Part shown: one piece after another, positions 1 to 6,554 of the stretch
Position numbering within the stretch: the first letter of the stretch is position 1
How the letters are laid out: every line of letters starts with the position of its first letter
From: a virus
Taxonomy: Duplodnaviria > Caudoviricetes
IMG/VR virus record: IMGVR_UViG_3300009154_000067
Span: 1-57,803 of that record
DNA: 57,803 nucleotides
Strand: one strand, 5' to 3'
Notes under the pieces: generated by a model
What the model was told of the DNA's origin: nothing
Seen by the model: the letters and a program-made list of their open reading frames with translations, nothing else
Database searches by the model: none
Program-made: the position numbers and the translations under genes

Positions 1-1
1 G

Positions 2-745
2 GTTCCTTGCCAGAAGGGCTACCATTATACGACCATTCGTTATTGGCAACAACATCGATCTGATCGAATGTTTTTGATTACTCCTGGCGATGAAGTAATT
101 GCTGACGACACCAAGTGGGTCTGCCGTACAGCGAAGCTGACTGCCGAAGTCACTACATGGAACCAGAAGAACCTGAGCCTCTTCGCTGCTGACTGTGCCG
201 AGCGCGTAGCGCATCATAACAGCGACCCACGAGTGATGACAGCGATTGTTGCTGTTCGTGATTTCTGGGCTGGTAAAATCAGTATGGAAGAGCTACGTGC
301 TGCTTATGCTGCTGCTCATGCTGCTCATGCTGCTGCTTATGCTGCTGATCATGCTGCTCATGCTGCTGCTTATGTTGCTGCTGATGCTGCTTATGCTGCT
401 GCTCATGCTGCTCATGCTGCTGCTTATGCTGCTCGTGCTGCTGCTGATGCTGCTGCTCATGCTGCTGCTCATGCTGCTGCTCATGCTGCTGCTCGTGCTG
501 CTGTTAATGCTGATGATGCTGCTGCTAATGTTGCTGCTGCTGCTGCTCGTGCTGCTGCTTATGCTGCTCATGCTGCTGCTTATGCTGCTTATGTTGCTGC
601 TGCTGCTGCTCGTGCTGCTGTTAATGCTGATGATGCTGCTGCTAATGTTGCTGCTGCTGATGCTGCTGATGCTGCTACTGCTCGTGCTGCTGAACGCGAA
701 TGGCAGAACGATCGTCTACTTCAATATCTGAACGGAGAAGTTTAA
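2..745 (+). CDS. Ala-rich phage protein with Imm5-like N-terminal motif (5' end truncated by window edge)
   Basis: Frame is open from base 2 (VPCQKGYHY...). Contains FAADCAERV...DPRV...GKIS, then a long AAxAA tract and AEREWQ, a common phage pattern. Confidence 0.7.
   Translation, partial: VPCQKGYHYTTIRYWQQHRSDRMFLITPGDEVIADDTKWVCRTAKLTAEVTTWNQKNLSLFAADCAERVAHHNSDPRVMTAIVAVRDFWAGKISMEELRAAYAAAHAAHAAAYAADHAAHAAAYVAADAAYAAAHAAHAAAYAARAAADAAAHAAAHAAAHAAARAAVNADDAAANVAAAAARAAAYAAHAAAYAAYVAAAAARAAVNADDAAANVAAADAADAATARAAEREWQNDRLLQYLNGEV
299..691 (+). repeat. (GCT)n-based low-complexity coding repeat
   Basis: About 130 codons, all of form NNT (gct, cat, tat, gat, cgt, gtt, aat, act). An internal ~50-nt block repeats near 491 and 608. 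Confidence 0.95.
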
Positions 746-746
746 A

Positions 747-1196
747 ATGGATGTCATCTGTGATATTGATGGAACGGTAGCTGACCTAACGCATCGTCGC
801 CATTGGGTAGCCACCAAACCAAAAAATTGGAAAGCATTTTTTCAGAACATCGAACAGGATAAACCAATCGATTCTGTTATTAATACCATCCAGGCGCTAC
901 ACAGCAACTGGTGTCAAATCATTTTTTGTTCTGGTCGGGGAGATGAACATCGTGATGTTACCAGAGCATGGTTGATCGAACACATTGGCGATTGGACGGA
1001 GAACTGTCCTCTATACATGCGAGCGCAGGGCGATTTTCGTGCTGATGATATTGTGAAAGAAGAATTGCTTGCAAAAATGCGAGTGGATGGATATAATCCA
1101 ACTATGGCATTCGATGATCGTGCTCGCGTTTGTGACATGTGGATTCGCAATGGCATTTTTGTTTTTGATGTGAGTCAAGGCAAAGGAGATTTTTGA
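747..1196 (+). CDS. HAD-family phosphatase, PseT/PNKP 3'-phosphatase-like domain
   Basis: DIDGT motif I, SGR motif II, MR..D.R.D.IVK and FDDR motifs. Confidence 0.85.
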   Translation: MDVICDIDGTVADLTHRRHWVATKPKNWKAFFQNIEQDKPIDSVINTIQALHSNWCQIIFCSGRGDEHRDVTRAWLIEHIGDWTENCPLYMRAQGDFRADDIVKEELLAKMRVDGYNPTMAFDDRARVCDMWIRNGIFVFDVSQGKGDF

Positions 1197-1375
1197 ACAT
1201 GAAAAAGTATAATGAAAATATGGAAGAGGAAAATATGAAACTTCTTATTAAAGAACTTGATTATCAAGATGAGTGTTATGCTAGTCTTTATGATGATCAA
1301 GAAGCTGTTCCCGAAGATTGGGAAGAAGAAACTCGATATCTGAAGTTTGCAACTCGGTTTAATGGGAATCCATAA
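1193..1375 (+). CDS. Small acidic hypothetical protein
   Basis: ORF in tightly packed gene chain; start codon uncertain. Confidence 0.5.
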   Translation: MNMKKYNENMEEENMKLLIKELDYQDECYASLYDDQEAVPEDWEEETRYLKFATRFNGNP

Positions 1376-1376
1376 A

Positions 1377-1556
1377 ATGGGTAATATTTTCATTCAGTTT
1401 CAAGAACATGGTACGTGGCGAACGTGTGTAATTTTTCTTGACACCGAAAACGCCCAGCGTATTTTAATCGAAATGCAAATTGCACAGCGAAATTATCCAG
1501 GCAAGCGCATTCGTGCTGTGGATAATGATAATCGTCTCATTGATATGCTAGCATAA
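1377..1556 (+). CDS. Hypothetical protein
   Basis: ATG directly after the upstream stop. Confidence 0.6.
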   Translation: MGNIFIQFQEHGTWRTCVIFLDTENAQRILIEMQIAQRNYPGKRIRAVDNDNRLIDMLA

Positions 1557-1582
1557 TTTTGAAATTTGGGGCTAAAAAGTTC

Positions 1583-1611
1583 TTGACGGTTTCATCTGAT
1601 TAGGCTATAGT
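1583..1611 (+). promoter_or_regulatory. Early sigma70-type promoter
   Basis: TTGACG-17 nt-TATAGT. Confidence 0.7.
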
Positions 1612-1640
1612 GTCTTTGTTGATGAGGAAGAGAGAAAAAC

Positions 1641-1814
1641 ATGCTTTTCATTGTTGAACTGACCAACTTCCGTACCGTAGTTTATCAGGGCACCAGCGTT
1701 TACGACGCCACTAAAAAGGCGGAAGACACTGGATTTGAATGTACTATGAAGATGGAGAAGACCAGCGGCGATGCTGCCTATTGGTTTTATTCTCCGATTT
1801 GTGGTTGGCGCTAA
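1641..1814 (+). CDS. Hypothetical early protein (57 aa, MLFIVELTNF...)
   Basis: Below the ORF-track cutoff; lies downstream of a promoter and a purine-rich RBS. Confidence 0.65.
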   Translation: MLFIVELTNFRTVVYQGTSVYDATKKAEDTGFECTMKMEKTSGDAAYWFYSPICGWR

Positions 1815-1847
1815 AATAATAATAAATTCATTCTGAAAGGAAATTTT

Positions 1848-2036
1848 ATGTTTGATCGTGGAGAGACTGTCGTTGGTATTAGTATATTTTTGTTTTTCTT
1901 GCTTCTCATGTTTGCGTGGGTAACACACATTGTCGTGAGTATTAAGACGAGTGCGTGGGTTTTGATGCTATTTGGTATTTTTGTGCCACCAATTGGATTT
2001 ATCCACGGCATCGGCAATTGGTTCGGTGTTTTCTGA
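1848..2036 (+). CDS. Small membrane protein
   Basis: Two hydrophobic segments; AAAGGA RBS. Confidence 0.7.
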   Translation: MFDRGETVVGISIFLFFLLLMFAWVTHIVVSIKTSAWVLMLFGIFVPPIGFIHGIGNWFGVF

Positions 2037-2045
2037 AAAAAGTTC

Positions 2046-2074
2046 TTGACATGCCTATCTGAATTTGCTACAAT
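2046..2074 (+). promoter_or_regulatory. Early sigma70-type promoter
   Basis: TTGACA-17 nt-TACAAT. Confidence 0.75.
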
Positions 2075-2121
2075 CCTCTTGTTGAATGGTTCAACAAGCT
2101 TTCAAAAAACGGAGAAATATC

Positions 2122-2343
2122 ATGACTGCAATTAATTCGGTTCTTAATGCTCTCAGGTCCGGTGAGCGTCTTACTCCACGCCAAATTTCTTCACGTTACA
2201 ATGTGAAGAATCCATGGGACGTGATTTATCGTCTCCGTAATGAGAGCTATGAGATTATCACTTTCGAGCGGAAGAATTCGGAAGGTCATCCAACTCGGTT
2301 CTATGATATGCCCGATCACGATATGAAGGTGATTGCTGCATAA
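2122..2343 (+). CDS. Winged helix-turn-helix-like protein
   Basis: VLNALRSGERLT..QI...Y...N...VIYRLR pattern; GGAG RBS. Confidence 0.6.
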   Translation: MTAINSVLNALRSGERLTPRQISSRYNVKNPWDVIYRLRNESYEIITFERKNSEGHPTRFYDMPDHDMKVIAA

Positions 2344-2360
2344 ATAGAAATCTATCCGGT

Positions 2361-2438
2361 GGTCCTATAGCCCAATTGGTAGAGGCAGTAGATTCAAAAC
2401 CTGCTCAGGTGTCAGTTCGAATCTGACTAGGACTACCA
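2361..2438 (+). tRNA. tRNA-Leu(CAA), short variable region
   Basis: GGTCCTA/TAGGACT acceptor, TT-CAA-AA loop, GTCAG-TTCGAAT-CTGAC T-arm, ACCA end. Confidence 0.85.
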
Positions 2439-2448
2439 TTTTTTTTAT

Positions 2449-2533
2449 GCCCGCTTGGTGGAATGGCAGACATATGGGACTTAAAATCCCTGGCCCTAAT
2501 GGCGTACCGGTTCAAGTCCGGTAGCGGGTACCA
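2449..2533 (+). tRNA. tRNA-Leu(TAA)
   Basis: Cloverleaf with long variable arm, CT-TAA-AA loop and ACCA end. Confidence 0.93.
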
Positions 2534-2552
2534 TTTTTAATCTCACTTTCTT

Positions 2553-2560
2553 TATAAATA
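2553..2560 (+). promoter_or_regulatory. T4-type late promoter TATAAATA
   Basis: Exact consensus upstream of the 2584 ORF. Confidence 0.8.
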
Positions 2561-2583
2561 TTCAAAAAAAGGAGTGATGAGAT

Positions 2584-3291
2584 ATGCTTTCATATAGAGA
2601 ATTTGTTCAGGAAGAATTGAAGAAAATTGGCGAACGTCTTGGGTCTAACCCAGGCGGGGTTCATGTGGATACTGATACCAATCAAAAGCATTATGTAAAA
2701 TATTATGATAATCCCGATCAAGCTAAATCAGAGGCACTTGCCGCAAGAATTCATGAGCATATGGGCATCCCTACTCTACATCCACGCCATCAAGTTATAG
2801 ATGGCAAACATGCAGTAGTCACAAAATGGAATCCTGATTTGGAGAGAATGCATCCTCATCATTTTGAGCAGTTAAATCATGACCAACAAAACACTATTGG
2901 TAAAATGTATCACGCTGCTGTGTTGACTAAAAATTGGGATGCAGTCGGTCTTGAGCATGATAATATTGAAAGAAATAGACACACAGGGGCCTTGCATTCT
3001 GTAGATGCTGGTGGTACATTCAATTTTAGAGCGCAAGGTGGCCATAAAGATTATGGTTCTGATGTTGCCGAAAAAGATTCGCTTTTGAATAGACCTGGGG
3101 AAGCATCTTCTCATGTATTTTCTACAGTTTTTAAACAAAATCCAAATGCAAAAGCAGAAGGTTTAAATTCAGTAAAAAATATGGACATGGAACATGTTCG
3201 TGGGTTGTTCAAAAACTCTGGACTTTCTAATCACGAAGAGCTATACTCTAACTTCGCTAAACGTAGAGAAAAATTATTGAAAGGTGACTAA
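2584..3291 (+). CDS. Late protein with PI3/4-kinase/HipA-like kinase fold and internal-protein-like N-terminus
   Basis: GSNPGG loop, YVK lysine, KSE glutamate, NWD...DN loop, VDAGG; leader MLSYREFVQEE. Confidence 0.65.
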   Translation: MLSYREFVQEELKKIGERLGSNPGGVHVDTDTNQKHYVKYYDNPDQAKSEALAARIHEHMGIPTLHPRHQVIDGKHAVVTKWNPDLERMHPHHFEQLNHDQQNTIGKMYHAAVLTKNWDAVGLEHDNIERNRHTGALHSVDAGGTFNFRAQGGHKDYGSDVAEKDSLLNRPGEASSHVFSTVFKQNPNAKAEGLNSVKNMDMEHVRGLFKNSGLSNHEELYSNFAKRREKLLKGD

Positions 3292-3299
3292 TAAATATT

Positions 3300-3605
3300 A
3301 TGTGGATTTGTTTTAATGATGGGTTTGTGTCAGTTGTCGAGGATACACGCGGTATTAATGATCTTGTTGTAAGGTCTAGGCGTCCTGAAATTCTTCAAGT
3401 GCTTTTTCCTACTAATGAGATTATAGAGTTGGACGTTTCTGATTATAAGTATCGAACATACACTTCGCGAGAAGAATGGGCTGAAATTATGTTTGAGAGA
3501 GTCAATAATATTGACTATTCAAATTTCAAAAATTCTGTAGCTGATAATGAACTACATACATTATATGAACGTATGTGGGGATTGCATTATAATTATCAGC
3601 GATAA
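3300..3605 (+). CDS. Hypothetical protein (MWI..NDGFVSVV type)
   Basis: 101-aa ORF in gene chain. Confidence 0.7.
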   Translation: MWICFNDGFVSVVEDTRGINDLVVRSRRPEILQVLFPTNEIIELDVSDYKYRTYTSREEWAEIMFERVNNIDYSNFKNSVADNELHTLYERMWGLHYNYQR

Positions 3606-3750
3606 TAGTTTTTTATGGACGGGTTGCCATAGGGGTCGAATGGTCCGTTCAATGAGATGTACGAAAAATGCCGCGCCCTCATGGAACTGCTGGAACAGTA
3701 CGAAGCCATGGTGGAAGAACTGAATACTGATAACGAACCGCTGGAAGAGG

Positions 3751-3792
3751 TTGACATGGGGGCGTGATTCCCCTATACTCCACCCCATAGAC
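3751..3792 (+). promoter_or_regulatory. Early promoter with CATAGAC downstream motif
   Basis: TTGACA-17 nt-TATACT followed by CATAGAC. Confidence 0.75.
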
Positions 3793-3808
3793 AACAAGGA
3801 GATTGAAC

Positions 3809-3991
3809 ATGCCCGTTGAAAATATTGCCAAGTTGACGCTCGTATCCATCTACTACAGGGGAACCCGTCACAGTAGCTTCATTGGATTGCCGGTGATCGA
3901 TGGCAAGGTGGTGCTGGCTGGATCGCAACTGGAACGTATGCTGGTCAAGATTGGTGTGCGACACGGCGACACGTATTCGATTGGCTATTGA
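3809..3991 (+). CDS. Hypothetical early protein
   Basis: AAGGAG RBS after the early promoter. Confidence 0.65.
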   Translation: MPVENIAKLTLVSIYYRGTRHSSFIGLPVIDGKVVLAGSQLERMLVKIGVRHGDTYSIGY

Positions 3992-4018
3992 CAAGGGCTA
4001 TCATCATTTTTTTATAGT

Positions 4019-4146
4019 TAGTGTGAGAGTTGGTCTAAAAGTTGGTTCGAATCCAACAAAGTCCTGAAAGTGGCTTCCGGGCTGGTGTGCCGTTCGATTC
4101 GGCCTTGAGATTTGGAATCTAGTGGGATCGTTCCCCACCACACTAT
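4019..4146 (+). ncRNA. tRNA-like RNA with three T-arm-like hairpins
   Basis: 7-bp acceptor TAGTGTG/CACACTA and T-arm GTGGG-ATCGTTC-CCCAC, plus internal GTTGG-TTCGAAT-CCAAC and GCCG-TTCGATT-CGGC. Confidence 0.65.
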
Positions 4147-4157
4147 TTTATTTTTTT

Positions 4158-4233
4158 GCATCGTTGGTCGAATGGCTTAGGCACGGGACTGCAAATCCCG
4201 TTAATGTTGGTTCAATTCCAACACGGTGCTCCA
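4158..4233 (+). tRNA. tRNA-Cys(GCA)
   Basis: Cloverleaf, CT-GCA-AA loop, U73 and CCA. Confidence 0.95.
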
Positions 4234-4242
4234 ATATAGTTG

Positions 4243-4284
4243 TTGACAATGCTACCGGATATCGCTATAATACACCTCATAGAC
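4243..4284 (+). promoter_or_regulatory. Early promoter with CATAGAC motif
   Basis: TTGACA-17 nt-TATAAT followed by CATAGAC. Confidence 0.8.
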
Positions 4285-4302
4285 AGAAAGGAGTAAGTGA
4301 CG

Positions 4303-4476
4303 ATGGAATTGAATTACGGTGAGACTTGGATTGAGCGTCAAATCGAAGCCAAGATCGAACGCATCAATAAGCTTTTTGATGGTGGTAAGATTGATATCGT
4401 TGAGTATCTGGTTCGCCTGAAGTCTATCGAAGATTATGGCGACGATTGTTACGCAGAACTTAAAAATAGTGATTGA
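4303..4476 (+). CDS. Hypothetical early protein (57 aa, MELNYGETW...)
   Basis: AAGGAG RBS; below the ORF-track cutoff. Confidence 0.7.
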   Translation: MELNYGETWIERQIEAKIERINKLFDGGKIDIVEYLVRLKSIEDYGDDCYAELKNSD

Positions 4477-4510
4477 TTTTCTTTAGATTGTAGCGTATAA
4501 ATACTTTTAT

Positions 4511-4631
4511 GGACCGGTAGTTCAGAGGCAGAACGGCGGGCTTTGGGCAGATGATGTGAGATCACGACAGGTGCAAGTCCTGTATGCCAAGCTTAATCCG
4601 CGCGTCGGGATTTCGAAATTCCCCTGGTCCT
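4511..4631 (+). tRNA. tRNA, probably Lys(TTT), interrupted by a 49-nt minihelix-like insert in the anticodon loop
   Basis: GGACCGG/CTGGTCC acceptor, GTTC/GAAC D-stem, GCGGG/TCCGC anticodon stem enclosing CTTT[insert ~4545-4593]TAA, then a T-arm. Confidence 0.8.
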
Positions 4632-4648
4632 TTATTTTATAAAGTTAT

Positions 4649-4772
4649 TGGTTAGTAGGGGAATGGTAGACCCAGAAGACTGTGGGGCCGTTAGTATAAT
4701 ATGGTGCAAATCCATATGGTCCAAAAGTAATCTTCCGCGAAAGCACTGTAGGTTCAAGTCCTACCTAATCAG
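4649..4772 (+). tRNA. tRNA, probably Asn(GTT), interrupted by a 44-nt minihelix-like insert in the anticodon loop
   Basis: TGGTTAG/CTAATCA acceptor with G73, GAAGA/TCTTC stem enclosing CTGT[insert ~4684-4727]TAA, GTAGG-TTCAAGT-CCTAC T-arm. Confidence 0.75.
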
Positions 4773-4777
4773 CATAG

Positions 4778-4833
4778 ACACTTTTAGTTTATAGACAGCA
4801 ACGACAATAAGATTGTCTATAAACTAAAAGTGT
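4778..4833. repeat. Perfect 20-bp inverted repeat, 16-nt loop
   Basis: ACACTTTTAGTTTATAGACA / TGTCTATAAACTAAAAGTGT. Confidence 0.9.
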
Positions 4834-4841
4834 AAGAATTT

Positions 4842-4916
4842 GCTCTCAACCCCTAGATAGCGAGGGACCGGTTTTGTAACCCGGACAGCAGCGCGCAAAT
4901 CGTTGTGGGAGCACCA
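4842..4916 (+). tRNA. tRNA-Thr(TGT), non-canonical D/T loops
   Basis: GCTCTCA/TGGGAGC acceptor, TT-TGT-AA loop, ACCA end. Confidence 0.75.
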
Positions 4917-4919
4917 AAG

Positions 4920-5104
4920 ATCAGAAACTAGACGGAGTAAATAGGGTACCCGTCCTCAAATTGACTGCTGGCAAGTGCCGAGAAATCCACCTATGGAGTG
5001 CAGGGCATTGGTTTCTGATAATAGATTTGATCTGGATACATCTAGCTTAGTTGCCGGTGTCGAAATGTCAGACAACATTTGGTCCAATAACGTGAGGACC
5101 AGCA
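4920..5104 (+). ncRNA. Candidate structured ncRNA(s) in the tRNA array
   Basis: ATCAGAAACTA/TGGTTTCTGAT closing stem with internal hairpins, followed by a TGGTCC/GGACCA hairpin and T-run. Confidence 0.4.
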
Positions 5105-5115
5105 TTTTTTATCGC

Positions 5116-5144
5116 TTGACAGATTTCTGCTGCTCTGATATACT
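5116..5144 (+). promoter_or_regulatory. Early sigma70-type promoter
   Basis: TTGACA-17 nt-TATACT. Confidence 0.75.
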
Positions 5145-5172
5145 CTTAACATCAGATAAGGGATAGATCAAC

Positions 5173-5682
5173 ATGATGCTTCAGACGAATGGCGAAATGT
5201 TTGTTTCGGAATTGATCAACGACCGCTTTCAGATTTTGCAGTCGAAGATTAACAAGGAATATTTCATCTATGATGCGACCAAGGGTGATAATCTGAGAGA
5301 GCGCGGCGAAAGCAACACTCTCTACTTTAAGAACCTTGATAACGCAATGAACCACCTGAATGTAAAGGAAGTTAAGAAGCTTCAATACATTCAGCCTAAG
5401 AAGGAAATTGTTGTGGCTCCTAAACCTGCTGCTGTAGTTATGGCTCCCGCAGCTTCTCCTACGGTCACTGAGGCTCCTATGGTAGCTAAGGCTCCTATGG
5501 CGGTAAAGACTTCGGGGCGTAAGCCTTCTGCTTTTAGCATGCTTATTGAGCTTCTTAAGACGACTAAGAACGACGATGATACGATTATCGTTCTGGTCAA
5601 GGGCGCTTTTCCTGATAGCAATTACAATGCTAGTATGGTAAAGTTCCATCGTAAGAGGTTGGTTACTGAGGGAGTGATATAA
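5173..5682 (+). CDS. Hypothetical early protein with Pro/Ala-rich linker
   Basis: 169-aa ORF after a promoter, with APM repeats. Confidence 0.75.
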   Translation: MMLQTNGEMFVSELINDRFQILQSKINKEYFIYDATKGDNLRERGESNTLYFKNLDNAMNHLNVKEVKKLQYIQPKKEIVVAPKPAAVVMAPAASPTVTEAPMVAKAPMAVKTSGRKPSAFSMLIELLKTTKNDDDTIIVLVKGAFPDSNYNASMVKFHRKRLVTEGVI

Positions 5683-5689
5683 ATAATAT

Positions 5690-5763
5690 GCGTCCTAAGT
5701 GTTATGATAGCACAATCGGCTCCAACCCGATTAGCGTGGGTTTGACTCCTACAGGACGCGCCA
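5690..5763 (+). tRNA. tRNA-Trp(CCA)
   Basis: Cloverleaf, CT-CCA-AC loop, GCCA end. Confidence 0.9.
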
Positions 5764-5777
5764 TTTTATAAAAAATA

Positions 5778-5904
5778 ACACAAGAGGATAGAACGGGCAC
5801 CTATCGCACCACAATATATAATAAGTGATCGTATTATATGTGGTAAATAGTTTGGTGTAACAAACCAAATGAAGAGATGCCGGAATGTCACCCGGCCTTG
5901 TGTT
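5778..5904 (+). ncRNA. Oversized cloverleaf tRNA-like RNA
   Basis: ACACAAG/CTTGTGT acceptor, GATAG/CTATC arm, long CCACA..TATAAT/ATTATATGTGG arm, TTTGGT/ACCAAA arm and GCCGG/CCGGC T-like arm. Confidence 0.6.
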
Positions 5905-5914
5905 AATTGTTTTT

Positions 5915-5989
5915 GCGGGTATGGTATAGGAGATGTGCCCTAGCCTTCCAAGCTAGAGAGGACCGGAGCGTTGCCGGCTACCCGCTCCA
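5915..5989 (+). tRNA. tRNA-Gly(TCC)
   Basis: GCGGGTA/TACCCGC acceptor, CT-TCC-AA loop, TCCA end. Confidence 0.9.
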
Positions 5990-6000
5990 ATTTTTTTTAT

Positions 6001-6072
6001 GGCACAGGTATTGATATACAGCCGAGCATCATAGGCTTGGTGTCATTGGTTTAATTCCAATATGTGCTACCA
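6001..6072 (+). tRNA. tRNA with CAT anticodon (Met or Ile2), degenerate D-arm
   Basis: CCGAGC-AT-CAT-AG-GCTTGG arm, ATTGG/CCAAT T-stem, ACCA end. Confidence 0.65.
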
Positions 6073-6081
6073 TTTTTTTAT

Positions 6082-6156
6082 TGCGGGGTAGAGAAGTAGT
6101 AACTCACTTGGCTCATAACCAAGAGATCGGTGGTGCGAATCCACTCTCCGCATCCA
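6082..6156 (+). tRNA. tRNA-Met(CAT), initiator-like acceptor
   Basis: TGCGGGG/CTCCGCA acceptor, CT-CAT-AA loop, CCA end. Confidence 0.9.
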
Positions 6157-6180
6157 TTTTTTTGCTAAAGGATTTAACAT

Positions 6181-6423
6181 ATGGAAGCTGAAGTTGATTT
6201 TAATAAAATCTCTGAGCCTACCTGGGTTATTGAATCCCCTGGTGTTCTAAGATGGGAAGGTACTGGGTTTACCATCCACAGCGATTTTACGGGAAGCGTC
6301 GGCCCTATGTTTTATGTCAAGCATAACGATCATACTGTTGGTTGTTATGTCACGATTTCTGGATCAAAACAGATAGCCTTGCTGATTTCTAATCAGATGC
6401 TTCAAATGGGACTTGACCCATAG
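6181..6423 (+). CDS. Hypothetical protein
   Basis: AAGGA RBS; 80-aa ORF. Confidence 0.7.
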   Translation: MEAEVDFNKISEPTWVIESPGVLRWEGTGFTIHSDFTGSVGPMFYVKHNDHTVGCYVTISGSKQIALLISNQMLQMGLDP

Positions 6424-6450
6424 AGAGAAATAGGCTATAATGGTTTTATT

Positions 6451-6531
6451 GGGTTAGTATGCAGCTAAGGACGCTGCTCGGTCTGTAAAACCGTCGCTTC
6501 GGCTGGCTTGGCTCGATACCAAGATAACCCA
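6451..6531 (+). tRNA. tRNA-Tyr(GTA)
   Basis: CT-GTA-AA loop, long variable arm, GGGTTA/TAACCC acceptor; CCA not encoded. Confidence 0.8.
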
Positions 6532-6554
6532 TCAAATTTTTCAAGGATTATATT

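Noticed and set aside
299-691. Possible DGR variable region or CRISPR array
   Set aside because: No template repeat, reverse transcriptase or repeat-spacer structure is present.
246-731. Leu/Met-rich ORF on + and Ser-rich ORF on - strand
   Set aside because: These are alternative-frame shadows of the GCT repeat.
3615-3767. In-frame TAG in a short ORF suggesting stop-codon reassignment
   Set aside because: Several clear genes end in TAG, core genes have no internal TAG, and there is no CTA-anticodon tRNA; likely a gene fragment.
4545-4727. Group I or archaeal bulge-helix-bulge introns in the two interrupted tRNAs
   Set aside because: The inserts are under 50 nt, have no group I core and show no clear BHB motif.
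4122-5166. ORF-track ORFs 4122..4322 and 4975..5166
   Set aside because: They overlap tRNA or structured RNA and promoters and lack an RBS.
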